Shown here one piece after another: positions 18,590 to 27,217 of a DNA stretch of 64,000 nucleotides (position 1 is its first letter; every line of letters begins with the position of its first letter). The notes under the pieces were generated by a model, which worked only from the letters and a program-made list of their open reading frames with translations, ran no database searches and was not told the origin of the DNA. A program made the translations under genes and the position numbers. This DNA is from Alphaproteobacteria bacterium (lineage in GTDB: Bacteria > Pseudomonadota > Alphaproteobacteria > JAGOMX01): assembly GCA_041738135.1 (NCBI GenBank), contig JBGSQK010000071.1:9818-73817 (forward strand). The letters run 5' to 3'.

Positions 18590-19327
18590 ATGTGCGCCAC
18601 ACAGTCTGATCATTTTACGCCTGCTTGGCCACATGGAAAAATACGCGAGGTTTTCAAAGACGTCTTTTTTGTTACGGGCACAAACAAAACTATACATGAT
18701 GGAATTCATATTCAGACAAGTCGTAACATGGTCATCATACGCCATGGGTCTGAACTAACCTTAATTAATACGGTTAGATTGGATACGGAAGGTCTTAAAG
18801 AATTGGATCTGTTGGGGAATGTATCTCACATCATCCGCATTGGAGCCTTCCATGGCCGAGATGATGCCTTTTATCGTAATCAATATCCCTCTTCACTCCT
18901 TTGGACTTTAAAGGGGATGACCTATGAAAATGGTTTGACCTGCGATCGTGAGTTAATGGCAGGAGGCCATATGCCTTTTCCTGGTTGTGCTGTGTTTGTT
19001 TTTAAAACATCTATATTTCCAGAAGGTGTCTTGAGCATTGAAAGGGATAGCGGAATACTAATCTCATGTGATAGCATTCAAAACATCACCTGCACCGATT
19101 ATTTTTATAGTGCGGAGACAGCCCACACATTCGAAACTCAAGGGCTGGTGAAACCGGCAAATATTTCACCTATTTGGCTTTGGGCAACTCAAACTAAAGG
19201 TGCTGATTTTTATAGGTTGTTGGAGACCGTAACTTTCCGACACTTAATTACAGCCCATGGCGAGCCTATGAAAGACGTTGCTTTTGAGAAGGTGACTGAA
19301 ACTATTAGTAGTGTTTTCGGGATTTAA
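18590..19327 (+). CDS. hypothetical protein translationally coupled to pntB
   Basis: 245 aa. ATG is 2 nt after the pntB stop. Only a weak resemblance to a degenerate metallo-beta-lactamase fold (RIGAFHGRDD, ITAHGEP). Confidence 0.5.
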   Translation: MCATQSDHFTPAWPHGKIREVFKDVFFVTGTNKTIHDGIHIQTSRNMVIIRHGSELTLINTVRLDTEGLKELDLLGNVSHIIRIGAFHGRDDAFYRNQYPSSLLWTLKGMTYENGLTCDRELMAGGHMPFPGCAVFVFKTSIFPEGVLSIERDSGILISCDSIQNITCTDYFYSAETAHTFETQGLVKPANISPIWLWATQTKGADFYRLLETVTFRHLITAHGEPMKDVAFEKVTETISSVFGI

Positions 19328-19340
19328 CTGATTCTGCAGC

Positions 19341-19454
19341 CTTCCCGTCCTTGAGCCGGGGCCAGCCTACAATTGCTGCTAAGGCGGCTCCGAATGGAAA
19401 ATAATGAGTTGCGGACGCTCCGCTTCTCTTACGCTAGACCCGGCTCAAACACGG
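19341..19454. repeat. imperfect palindromic element, family E
   Basis: CTTCCCGTCCTTGAGCCGGGG ... CCCGGCTCAAACACGG. One arm recurs at 50799..50830. Confidence 0.5.
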
Positions 19455-19528
19455 TTAGAGGTTTTGTCTTACCTTAGCTAAAAGGCATTTGGCACAAGGT
19501 AGAAGACACGCAGAATTAAAGATTCTGC

Positions 19529-20605
19529 CTACTTCGGCAACAACAAATACAACTCGCCTTTGGAATTCATCCGTCCAGCGTGGTCGGCTGCTTGATCGCC
19601 GATACCCCAGTAATAGTCGCCGCGGATGGCACCCTTAATGGCGCCGCCGGTATCTTGTGCGACCATTAATTGTTGCAGGGCAGGTTTATCCGGATGAGGG
19701 TGATCTGCGGCGAGCCAAAGTGGTGTTCCTAAGGATATGTATGATCTGTCCACAGCCAAGCTGCGGTGAGGTGTTAAGGGTACGTTATGGCTGCCCACCA
19801 CATCGCCATTCCAGGGTTTTACGTCAAAAAATACGTAAGACTGGTTCAAGGACATGATGCTTTCTGCTTGCTTTGGATGCTCTTTCAGCCATTTTTTGAT
19901 GGACTGCATAGTGACGTTGCCTTTTTCTAACAGACCGCGCTCCACCATGGCTTTGCCGATGGGAAAGTATGGATAGCCGTTTTGTCCTGTGTAGTTAATA
20001 CGCAGCTCTTCGCCTGTATCCATAAGTACTTTTCCTGTGCCTTCGATCTGCACAAAGAAAGCATCTATGGGGTCAGTAACCCACATGATTTCTAAGCCTT
20101 TGCCTTTAAATGCACCGCCCACAATTTTGCTGCGGGGTAGTTTACGGCTGAGGCCCTTGCCCGGCATTTTGTAGAGAGGTGTTTGGTAAGGACCATAGCG
20201 CTTGCGAGATCCCTTGAGGATGGGGATATAATAGCCCGTAAACGTGCCGGATGTTCCACTCGTTAGTGACATTTGATAAGGTGTTAGGTGAGCTTCACAA
20301 AAATCCTTCACATCCTTATGGGATTCAAAACGAGTTTCTTTAAATTTTTTACATACAGGTTTCCAATCGCTGGCAAATCCCTTACCGTCTGCTCGGGTGA
20401 TCATTTTGGCTGAATCGGGCTTCTTTTCAATAACACTACATGTGTGCGCCAGTGCAGGCACAACTTCCGCATGTCGATCGTTGTCCCACCCAGGCAAATG
20501 ACAAAATGACGTGGGAACCAGTCCTTCTTTGTTTTGATCCGCACATCCTGAAAGCATTGTGAGCGCTCCTATGACTAGAATTAAGCCGGTGGATTGAATT
20601 TTCAT
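19529..20605 (-). CDS. mltA: membrane-bound lytic murein transglycosylase A
   Basis: 358 aa. Lipobox LSGC. MltA and 3D domains (AVDRSYISLGTPLWL, VAQDTGGAIKGAIRGDYYWG). Confidence 0.88.
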   Translation of the reverse strand: MKIQSTGLILVIGALTMLSGCADQNKEGLVPTSFCHLPGWDNDRHAEVVPALAHTCSVIEKKPDSAKMITRADGKGFASDWKPVCKKFKETRFESHKDVKDFCEAHLTPYQMSLTSGTSGTFTGYYIPILKGSRKRYGPYQTPLYKMPGKGLSRKLPRSKIVGGAFKGKGLEIMWVTDPIDAFFVQIEGTGKVLMDTGEELRINYTGQNGYPYFPIGKAMVERGLLEKGNVTMQSIKKWLKEHPKQAESIMSLNQSYVFFDVKPWNGDVVGSHNVPLTPHRSLAVDRSYISLGTPLWLAADHPHPDKPALQQLMVAQDTGGAIKGAIRGDYYWGIGDQAADHAGRMNSKGELYLLLPK

Positions 20606-21609
20606 ATGACTGCAGCCTCTTTTACTATTTTACTCATGGGTTGAATTTGTTCCAGTACTTTCATCACGCGCAAAGCGTCTTCAGGTCCTGTCAGTGCAGC
20701 TTGATTATGTGCTATGCAATCAAGGAAGTGTTGGCATTCGAGCCTTAAGGGCTCGCTTTCGTCTAATTGTACGGGAATAGAGTCCTTATAAGCGGTTTGA
20801 TAATCCATGCCCGCCGGCTTTTCGATCTGGTGATGATAAATCATCAGCTTAGACGCCCATGGCTGGCAATCGTCAAAAACGATCATGCCATTGGTACCCA
20901 TAACCATAAAACGGTGCTCTTTGAATGGATGTACCCATGAGTTATAGATATGACCCTGAACATCACCAGGAAAGCTCAGGTGCACGATTGCTGAATCCAT
21001 AATGAAAGGATCCAAAGCGCATGAGCCATGGGTGCTGGTTTCCAGAGGCTCTGCTTCCGTAATAGCCATGACCATAGATAAATCATGAGGGGCCAAGTCC
21101 CATAGGCAGTTTTCATCGCTGCGAATTCGTCCTAGGTTCAAGCGGTGAGAGGAAATGTACCGCACGCGCCCTACTTCACCTTGCTGGACTAGTTGCACAA
21201 GTTTTTGAAAAGCGGGGTGGTATCGTGGCAGGTGTCCTACCATTAAAATACAATTGTTCTGTTCTGCAAGCTTGCATAGCTCTTCAGACTCCGCATAAGA
21301 CATGGTCAGCGGTTTTTCCACATAGAGATGCTTCTTTGCCTTCAGTACTTGTTTGGCAATGTCATAATGATGGGTAGCTGCAAGAGCTAGAACGACACCC
21401 TTGATTTCAGGATTGATGAGGACTAATGCTAGATCTTGTGTAACAACCCCATACTCATCGGCAAGTCTCTCACAGACAGCAGGGTTACGTTCCACCACAG
21501 TGGCAAGCGCGCCCAGGTTGTGAAAATTCCGCACTAAATTCTTGCCCCAAGCACCGCAACCGATAACAGCAACTTTGTTGTGATTATTCATCGAGGTTAC
21601 AACTTCCAA
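20602..21609 (-). CDS. Gfo/Idh/MocA family sugar-nucleotide oxidoreductase (WbpB-like)
   Basis: 335 aa. N-terminal Rossmann VAVIGCGAWGKNLVRNF and EKPL motif. Its stop overlaps the mltA start by 4 nt (ATGA). Confidence 0.75.
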   Translation of the reverse strand: MEVVTSMNNHNKVAVIGCGAWGKNLVRNFHNLGALATVVERNPAVCERLADEYGVVTQDLALVLINPEIKGVVLALAATHHYDIAKQVLKAKKHLYVEKPLTMSYAESEELCKLAEQNNCILMVGHLPRYHPAFQKLVQLVQQGEVGRVRYISSHRLNLGRIRSDENCLWDLAPHDLSMVMAITEAEPLETSTHGSCALDPFIMDSAIVHLSFPGDVQGHIYNSWVHPFKEHRFMVMGTNGMIVFDDCQPWASKLMIYHHQIEKPAGMDYQTAYKDSIPVQLDESEPLRLECQHFLDCIAHNQAALTGPEDALRVMKVLEQIQPMSKIVKEAAVI

Positions 21610-22952
21610 TAATTCATGTCAGTTGGTATCTGAACATTAGACCACATGTTTTTAATGTCGGCAATCAGACCACCGGGTTTCAATAACAGCTGAAATTGCT
21701 TTTGCCCCATCTGCTTATAAGCATCATGGGAAACCGCTCCTATAACGCAGTCAAAGGGAGCCGACACATGCATAGAACGAGATTCTCCCACTGCCATATG
21801 CGCCTGTTGGTCATAACCCAATATTTCTAAACCTGTTTCAATGTGAATATTTAAATGCTGCTCAGCTTCTTTTTTATCCGCCATGGCATCATGCACCACA
21901 ACTTCGTGACCATAACCTTCTAAACCACGAATCACATCTATTACTTTGGTGTTGCGTAAATCAGGCACGTTTTCCTTAAAAGTGAGACCCAGCACAAGAA
22001 TTCGTGCCCTTTGACCATAGGTGTGAAGAGCAGATACGCGTTCATGAATTTTAGTGGCCATATAACCGCCCATGGCGTCATTAATACGGCGACCTGAAAG
22101 GATGACCTCCGCATTCAAACCTAAGTCCTTGGCGCATTCGGCCAAGTAATAAGGATCTATTCCAATACAATGACCGCCCACAAGACCAGGCGTAAATGGT
22201 AAGAAATTCCACTTGGTCCCCGCGGCCGCCAGTACATCATATGTAGATATGTTTAGCCGATCGAATATGACCGAAATCTCATTCATGAAGGCAATGTTGA
22301 TATCGCGTTGAGCATTTTCAATGACCTTTGCTGCTTCCGCAGTTTTAATGCTGGCCGCAACGAATATATTGTTGTTATTTACCGCCCCATAAAGTGTTGC
22401 CAATTGCTGGGTGACTTCAGGTGTTTGACCAGCCACTACCTTAGTGATTTTATCCACAGAATGTACTTTATCACCAGGATTGATGCGCTCAGGCGAGTAC
22501 CCCAGATAGAAATCCACACCGCATTTCATGCCTGACACTTTTTCCAACAGTGGGCCGCAAATATCCTCTGTAACCCCTGGATAGACTGTGCTTTCATAGA
22601 CGACGATAGCACCCTTTTTCATAACAGATGCGATCATTTCAGATGCCGTTTTAACTGCCGTAAGGTCAGGTTTATTCCTTGAATCCACAGGCGTGGGTAC
22701 TGTAACAATATACACATCCTTACCAGCAATCTCTTGGACATCACTGGTCAGCGCTATGGTTGAGCTCTGCAAAACATCTGCGTCAATCTCTCCCGTGCGA
22801 TCGTCACCGGACTGCAGCTCCTGCACCCGCTTCAGGTTCACATCAAACCCAGTAACCTTATAGGAACGTGCCAAAGCAACGCCAAGCGGCAAGCCCACAT
22901 ATCCTAAGCCTACGATTACAATGCTATTTATCAAACGTCTTTCTCCTGGCAA
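21597..22952 (-). CDS. nucleotide-sugar 6-dehydrogenase (WbpA/TviB/Cap5O-like UDP-N-acetylhexosamine dehydrogenase)
   Basis: 451 aa. VIVGLGYVGLPLG NAD fold and catalytic GGHCIGIDPYYL. TTG start, exact start uncertain. Confidence 0.82.
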   Translation of the reverse strand: MPGERRLINSIVIVGLGYVGLPLGVALARSYKVTGFDVNLKRVQELQSGDDRTGEIDADVLQSSTIALTSDVQEIAGKDVYIVTVPTPVDSRNKPDLTAVKTASEMIASVMKKGAIVVYESTVYPGVTEDICGPLLEKVSGMKCGVDFYLGYSPERINPGDKVHSVDKITKVVAGQTPEVTQQLATLYGAVNNNNIFVAASIKTAEAAKVIENAQRDINIAFMNEISVIFDRLNISTYDVLAAAGTKWNFLPFTPGLVGGHCIGIDPYYLAECAKDLGLNAEVILSGRRINDAMGGYMATKIHERVSALHTYGQRARILVLGLTFKENVPDLRNTKVIDVIRGLEGYGHEVVVHDAMADKKEAEQHLNIHIETGLEILGYDQQAHMAVGESRSMHVSAPFDCVIGAVSHDAYKQMGQKQFQLLLKPGGLIADIKNMWSNVQIPTDMNYWKL

Positions 22953-23086
22953 ATTAACAATGACAACTTATAACTTTCCCTCAAAATTATCAATTTCTTT
23001 TTCCTTACATATAATTCCTTGACATTTGCTCAAGGCATAGGCATTTTAGTGCGATGAAACAAATTTTTAAGTTACTCGAGGTTTTA

Positions 23087-23257
23087 AATGGCTAAAAAAG
23101 GCGGAGCGTTAACCATCAAGCTGGAAAGCACAGCTGGAACTGGTTACTACTATGTAACGTTCAAGAATCCAAGAACACAAGTTGAAAAGCTTGAGTTCCG
23201 CAAATACGACCCAGTGGTGCGCAAGCACGTAATCTTCAAAGAAAAGAAGATCAAGTA
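23087..23257 (+). CDS. rpmG: 50S ribosomal protein L33
   Basis: Not in the ORF track (56 aa). [56 protein letters not shown]. Confidence 0.9.
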
Positions 23258-23275
23258 GGTTTCGTAAATAAATTC

Positions 23276-23310
23276 AAAAAGCCCCTGCGGAAACGTGGGG
23301 GCTTTTTTTT
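23276..23310 (+). terminator. rho-independent terminator of rpmG
   Basis: AAAAAGCCCCTGCGGAAACGTGGGGGC followed by T9. Confidence 0.8.
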
Positions 23311-23357
23311 TGCTCCGCCCCCGTGCCTCACTGCCATTAAGTTAAGGAAAACTCTCA

Positions 23358-23485
23358 CCCATATCCGTCATTGCGAGCCCTCTTGGGCGTGGCAATCTAC
23401 TGTGGTGCAGCCGTCTAACGTCAGTCTGGTGAAGCGATAAAAGTAGATTGCCACGCCCAAGAGGGCTCGCAATGACGGATATGGG
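23358..23485. repeat. palindromic MITE/REP-like element, family A copy 2
   Basis: CCCATATCCGTCATTGCGAGCCCTCTTGGGCGTGGCAATCTAC ... GTAGATTGCCACGCCCAAGAGGGCTCGCAATGACGGATATGGG. Further flanked by CCCGTGCCTC / GAGGCACGGG. Confidence 0.88.
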
Positions 23486-23503
23486 GGAGGCACGGGATGA
23501 AAC

Positions 23504-24610
23504 CTACCCCTCTTCTTCCAGCTCCGTAGCCCTATAGCTTTTATCCAGCCCCATAATATACCGAACCACTCGAGCCACAGCGAAGTAGTACTTTTCTGGC
23601 ACATCGTCATCCACTTCCACACCCGCATAGAGAGCGCGGGCAAGGGGTGGGTCTTCGATGATGGGGATGTCGTGCTCCTGACCTAGTTCACGTATGTGCA
23701 ATGCAAGCAAGTCCATACCTTTGGCCACACACTTTGGCGTATCCATATTCTCAGCTTCGTATTTAAGGGCTACAGCATAGTGGGTCGGGTTTGTGATAAT
23801 CACGGATGCTTGTGGCACTGCCACAGCTATACGCTGCCCCATGGCGCGTTCACGACGCAAGTCCGCCAGCTTTCGCTTGATCGCAGGATCGCCCTCCGAT
23901 TCCTTGTGCTCTTCTTTAATTTCTTGCTTAGACATACGCATTTTCTTCAAGAAGGAAAACCGCTGATAAAAATAGTCAAGACCAGCAACCACACCGATAA
24001 CGGCTAAAACAATGAGCAACAGTTTGATTAAAATCATTTGAATGACTTCGAAGATACGATTAATGGGGATATGTCCCCATTGATTTAAGCGATAAAAATC
24101 GGGGATCAGGACGATAAAGAATATAGCTCCTACAATTACAATTTTCATGAGGCCTTTGATAAATTCAGCCAAGGATGACGTAGAAAATATTCTCCCTAAC
24201 CCCTTGATGATGGAGAGTTTAGAAAACTTAGGCTTAATGCTCTCTAGACTGATCAGGAATTGCGTTTGTGCAAAGCCTGCCACAAGGCCAGCTATGATAA
24301 ATACTAGAAAAACAAACCCCATGGCAGTTAAGGAGCTCAAAAGGACGCCTTGCGTTAGCCCTAGGATCTCCAATCCCTCAAGGGGGCCTATTTGACCCGC
24401 CGCCAGAAATGGCTTTAAGGCCCCTGCCACTTGATTCATAGCCGGAGCAGCTAGCATGGAAACCGTCAGAAACAAACCAAAGATAATCATCCAATGATTG
24501 ATTTCTTTCGAAAAGGCAATCTGGCCCTTTTCCCTGGCTTTGACCAGTCGTTGGGCCGTCGCCTCTTCGGTTTTTTGGGAATCGTCATGGGAATCTTGTT
24601 CTTCTGCCAT
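23504..24610 (-). CDS. flhB: flagellar export apparatus protein FlhB
   Basis: 368 aa. Four TM helices and the autocleavage site ITNPTHYAVAL. Confidence 0.93.
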   Translation of the reverse strand: MAEEQDSHDDSQKTEEATAQRLVKAREKGQIAFSKEINHWMIIFGLFLTVSMLAAPAMNQVAGALKPFLAAGQIGPLEGLEILGLTQGVLLSSLTAMGFVFLVFIIAGLVAGFAQTQFLISLESIKPKFSKLSIIKGLGRIFSTSSLAEFIKGLMKIVIVGAIFFIVLIPDFYRLNQWGHIPINRIFEVIQMILIKLLLIVLAVIGVVAGLDYFYQRFSFLKKMRMSKQEIKEEHKESEGDPAIKRKLADLRRERAMGQRIAVAVPQASVIITNPTHYAVALKYEAENMDTPKCVAKGMDLLALHIRELGQEHDIPIIEDPPLARALYAGVEVDDDVPEKYYFAVARVVRYIMGLDKSYRATELEEEG

Positions 24611-24619
24611 CGCCCCCCC

Positions 24620-25396
24620 TTATGATCGCCACAATGTGGAATACATTGCCGCTAGTTTTTCAATTACGTTCATGCACGACGCTGATAAAATCATGGAAAG
24701 CGTCAGAAACCCCACAAATATCTGAAAGGGCTGCATCACAAAAAATACCTGCAGTTGCGGCATTAATCTGTTTAACAACCCCATGCCTATGAAGAATAGC
24801 ATGGAAAGAATTATAAGCGGCGCGGCTATTTGTGTACCTAAGATAAAGGCTTCGGTGATGATTCTAGTTATAGATTTGAGGAAATCGTTAGTAAGGCTCT
24901 CATAACCAGTCAAAAGGCCAGGTTGAAACACTTGATAGCTATCAAATACAGCCTGCAATGCTAAGTGATGGATGTCCCCTATAAATATGAGCGCCAACAC
25001 CATAACGGACATGAAAGTGGCGGGCAGTGAGCTTTGGCGCCCTTCCACCGGGTTCATGACAAATGCGTTCATCAGACCTGATTGAAATCCTATAACGGTA
25101 CCAGCAACTTCAAGCGAGACCAGCAACATCCTGCCCATAGTGCCGATAAAAAGACCAATCAACGCTTCAATCATCACGTAACTGAAGAACATATATGGTT
25201 CACTGGGTGCAGATGGCATGGAATCCGTAATAAGTGGTGCAATCACAGCCGCTATGGCCATAGAGAAAAGGATACGTATGGGCGTGTTGATGTATTGGCT
25301 ACCCAAGCCAGGAATCATCATAATGGCACCCGTTACCCGCGATAATACAAGCAGGAACGGGAAAACCTCAGGTAGCTCTACATTGAACGGCGACAC
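24620..25396 (-). CDS. fliR: flagellar export apparatus protein FliR
   Basis: 258 aa polytopic membrane protein between fliQ and flhB. FliR-like N-terminus (FLLVLSRVTGAIMMIPG). Confidence 0.88.
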   Translation of the reverse strand: MSPFNVELPEVFPFLLVLSRVTGAIMMIPGLGSQYINTPIRILFSMAIAAVIAPLITDSMPSAPSEPYMFFSYVMIEALIGLFIGTMGRMLLVSLEVAGTVIGFQSGLMNAFVMNPVEGRQSSLPATFMSVMVLALIFIGDIHHLALQAVFDSYQVFQPGLLTGYESLTNDFLKSITRIITEAFILGTQIAAPLIILSMLFFIGMGLLNRLMPQLQVFFVMQPFQIFVGFLTLSMILSASCMNVIEKLAAMYSTLWRS

Positions 25397-25397
25397 A

Positions 25398-25661
25398 TCA
25401 GACCTTTTGTATGTAATTAAAGAGGTTTAACGTGAAATTCCCTAAGCTTGAGGCAATAAACGGCAATGTTAAAATGAGCGTTAAAAAAACCAAGACAATT
25501 TTGGGAACAAATGTTAAAGTCATTTCCTGGATCTGAGTAAGGGCTTGAAACAGTGCAACCGTAAGTCCGGCGACCATTGCCACAAGCATCATAGGCCCAG
25601 AAGTTTTTAGCAAAAGGAAGACGGCGTCACGGCCAATGTCGAGTATATCTGTAGGATTCAT
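25398..25661 (-). CDS. fliQ: flagellar export apparatus protein FliQ
   Basis: ATG at 25661 (MNPTDILDIGRDAVF...) gives 88 aa with two TM helices. QIQEMTLTFVPK is the FliQ signature. Confidence 0.88.
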   Translation of the reverse strand: MNPTDILDIGRDAVFLLLKTSGPMMLVAMVAGLTVALFQALTQIQEMTLTFVPKIVLVFLTLILTLPFIASSLGNFTLNLFNYIQKV

Positions 25662-25693
25662 ATTTTTTTCCTCAGTCAAAAGGCATTTAACCC

Positions 25694-25720
25694 TTGACAA
25701 ACTTTTGTAGAAATTATACT
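25694..25720 (+). promoter_or_regulatory. candidate sigma70 promoter for rplU-rpmA
   Basis: TTGACA (25694..25699), then a 15-nt spacer and TATACT (25715..25720). About 75 nt upstream of the rplU ATG. The spacer is shorter than optimal. Confidence 0.4.
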
Positions 25721-25794
25721 CAAAAGAATGTCGTTAAGCAAACGACTACATTTTATTTTTTGTGTTGAACGCACATAACAAACAAAGGTTAGAC

Positions 25795-26436
25795 ATGTAC
25801 GCAGTTGTTCAGACAGGTGGAAAGCAATACCGAGTCACCCCCGGTGATTATGTCATAGTTGAGCGCCTACCTGGCGAAAACGGTGACAGCATTGAGTTAA
25901 GCGAGATTTTATTGATCGATAACGATGGCAAAGTTCTAGTGGGACAGCCCTTCGTTAAGGACGCATCTGTCCATGCAACGATCGTAAATCAGAATCGCGC
26001 TGACAAGATTATCGTTTTCAAGAAAAAGCGCCGCCAAAATTACAGACGTAAAAATGGCCACCGCCAGCTTCAATCCGTACTTCACATTGGTGAAATCAAG
26101 GGTGACGGCAAATCGGTAAAGGCAGAAAACAAGCCAAAGGTTTCCGAAGCAGCACCAGCAGCAATCCCATCACAAGTGGCAAAGCTTGCGGTTAAGCAGA
26201 ATAGAAAAGATGACGCTAAGGAAGCCAAGCAAGCTAGGTACGATGAGAAATCATCAACTAAAAAAGCTGCAGCACCAAAAGCTGAAAAGGCTCCTGTGAA
26301 AGCAGCTGCTCCTAAGGCTGAAAAAGTTGCTGCACCTAAGGCTGAAAAAACTCCTGCTAAGGCAGCTGCTCCAAAAACGGCAGCAAAGCCAGCAGCAGCT
26401 AAAAAGCCTGCGGCTAAAAAGACTACAGACAAGTAA
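25795..26436 (+). CDS. rplU: 50S ribosomal protein L21 with long Ala/Lys/Pro-rich C-terminal extension
   Basis: MYAVVQTGGKQYRV... core of about 101 aa, then about 112 aa with AAPKAEK(A/V/T)P(V/A)KAAAPK repeats. Confidence 0.92.
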   Translation: MYAVVQTGGKQYRVTPGDYVIVERLPGENGDSIELSEILLIDNDGKVLVGQPFVKDASVHATIVNQNRADKIIVFKKKRRQNYRRKNGHRQLQSVLHIGEIKGDGKSVKAENKPKVSEAAPAAIPSQVAKLAVKQNRKDDAKEAKQARYDEKSSTKKAAAPKAEKAPVKAAAPKAEKVAAPKAEKTPAKAAAPKTAAKPAAAKKPAAKKTTDK

Positions 26437-26451
26437 TTACGAGGAAATATT

Positions 26452-26700
26452 ATGGCACATAAAAAAGCTGGTGGTAGTTCGAGGAACGGCCGCGATTCTC
26501 CAGGTCAACGCTTAGGCGTTAAGCGCTTCGGCGGTGAGAACGTCATACCGGGCAACATTCTAGTACGCCAACGCGGAACCCAGTTCCACCCAGGCGACAA
26601 TGTAGGCATGGGACGTGATCACACGATCTTCGCCCTCATCGAAGGCAAAGTCACATTCAAACACGCACGCGGCGGACGTACCTACATCAACGTTGAGTAG
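26452..26700 (+). CDS. rpmA: 50S ribosomal protein L27
   Basis: [28 protein letters not shown]... Confidence 0.96.
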   Translation: MAHKKAGGSSRNGRDSPGQRLGVKRFGGENVIPGNILVRQRGTQFHPGDNVGMGRDHTIFALIEGKVTFKHARGGRTYINVE

Positions 26701-26730
26701 GTTCTGAAGTAGATTTCGTGAATCAACTAC

Positions 26731-26758
26731 ATACCCCCGGCATGCCGGGGGTATTTGG
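26731..26758 (+). terminator. rho-independent terminator of rplU-rpmA
   Basis: TACCCCCGG-CATG-CCGGGGGTA followed by TTTGG. Confidence 0.65.
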
Positions 26759-26785
26759 CGTTTGGGGGTGGTTTAGCATTCTACC

Positions 26786-27178
26786 TCACCTCTCCCCTTG
26801 TGGCTAATCAATGCACATATTTTTTTTGCAGCTTAAACTAAAGCCCGAGCACCGTCATCCAGAGCGCGGCTCAGCGAAGCTGAGTTAGCGAAGGATCCAG
26901 GCACACAAGCGCCGCAAAGCGGCTTCCGTATTAATTAAGAGTTACCACAAAGAAAGTGAAAGTTATTACATAAATTTCCTTCAACATTTATTGTTGCATA
27001 ACAATTTGTAAATACGGAAGCCGCTTCGCGGCACTCATATCCTGGATCCTTCGCTAACTCAGCTTCGCTGAGCCGCGCTCTGGATGACGGTTCTGAGGGC
27101 TAGTGCTAAAGCTGGTGAGTGATTACTATTTAGCAGCAAAAAATGTGTGTATAGGCTAGCCCACAAGGGGAGAGGTGA
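26786..27178. repeat. compound nested palindrome (family C copy 2 at 26852..27090 inside an outer palindrome)
   Basis: Outer 18-bp arms TCACCTCTCCCCTTGTGG / CCACAAGGGGAGAGGTGA. Perfect 50-bp arms CCGTCATCCAGAGCGCGGCTCAGCGAAGCTGAGTTAGCGAAGGATCCAGG and reverse complement. Inner arms GCCGCAAAGCGGCTTCCGTAT / ATACGGAAGCCGCTTCGCGGC. Confidence 0.9.
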
Positions 27179-27217
27179 AGCAAAATAGTCCTGGTGCGCG
27201 TATTGAATGGCCTTCTT

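Noticed and set aside
25676-25691. CtrA-like box TCAA-N7-TTAAC upstream of fliQ
   Set aside because: It has one mismatch to TTAA-N7-TTAAC in an AT-rich spacer, which is too weak without a genome-wide motif model.
26082-26432. 116-aa minus-strand ORF inside rplU
   Set aside because: It is the antisense reading of the Ala/Lys/Pro repeat tail of L21 and is a compositional artefact.
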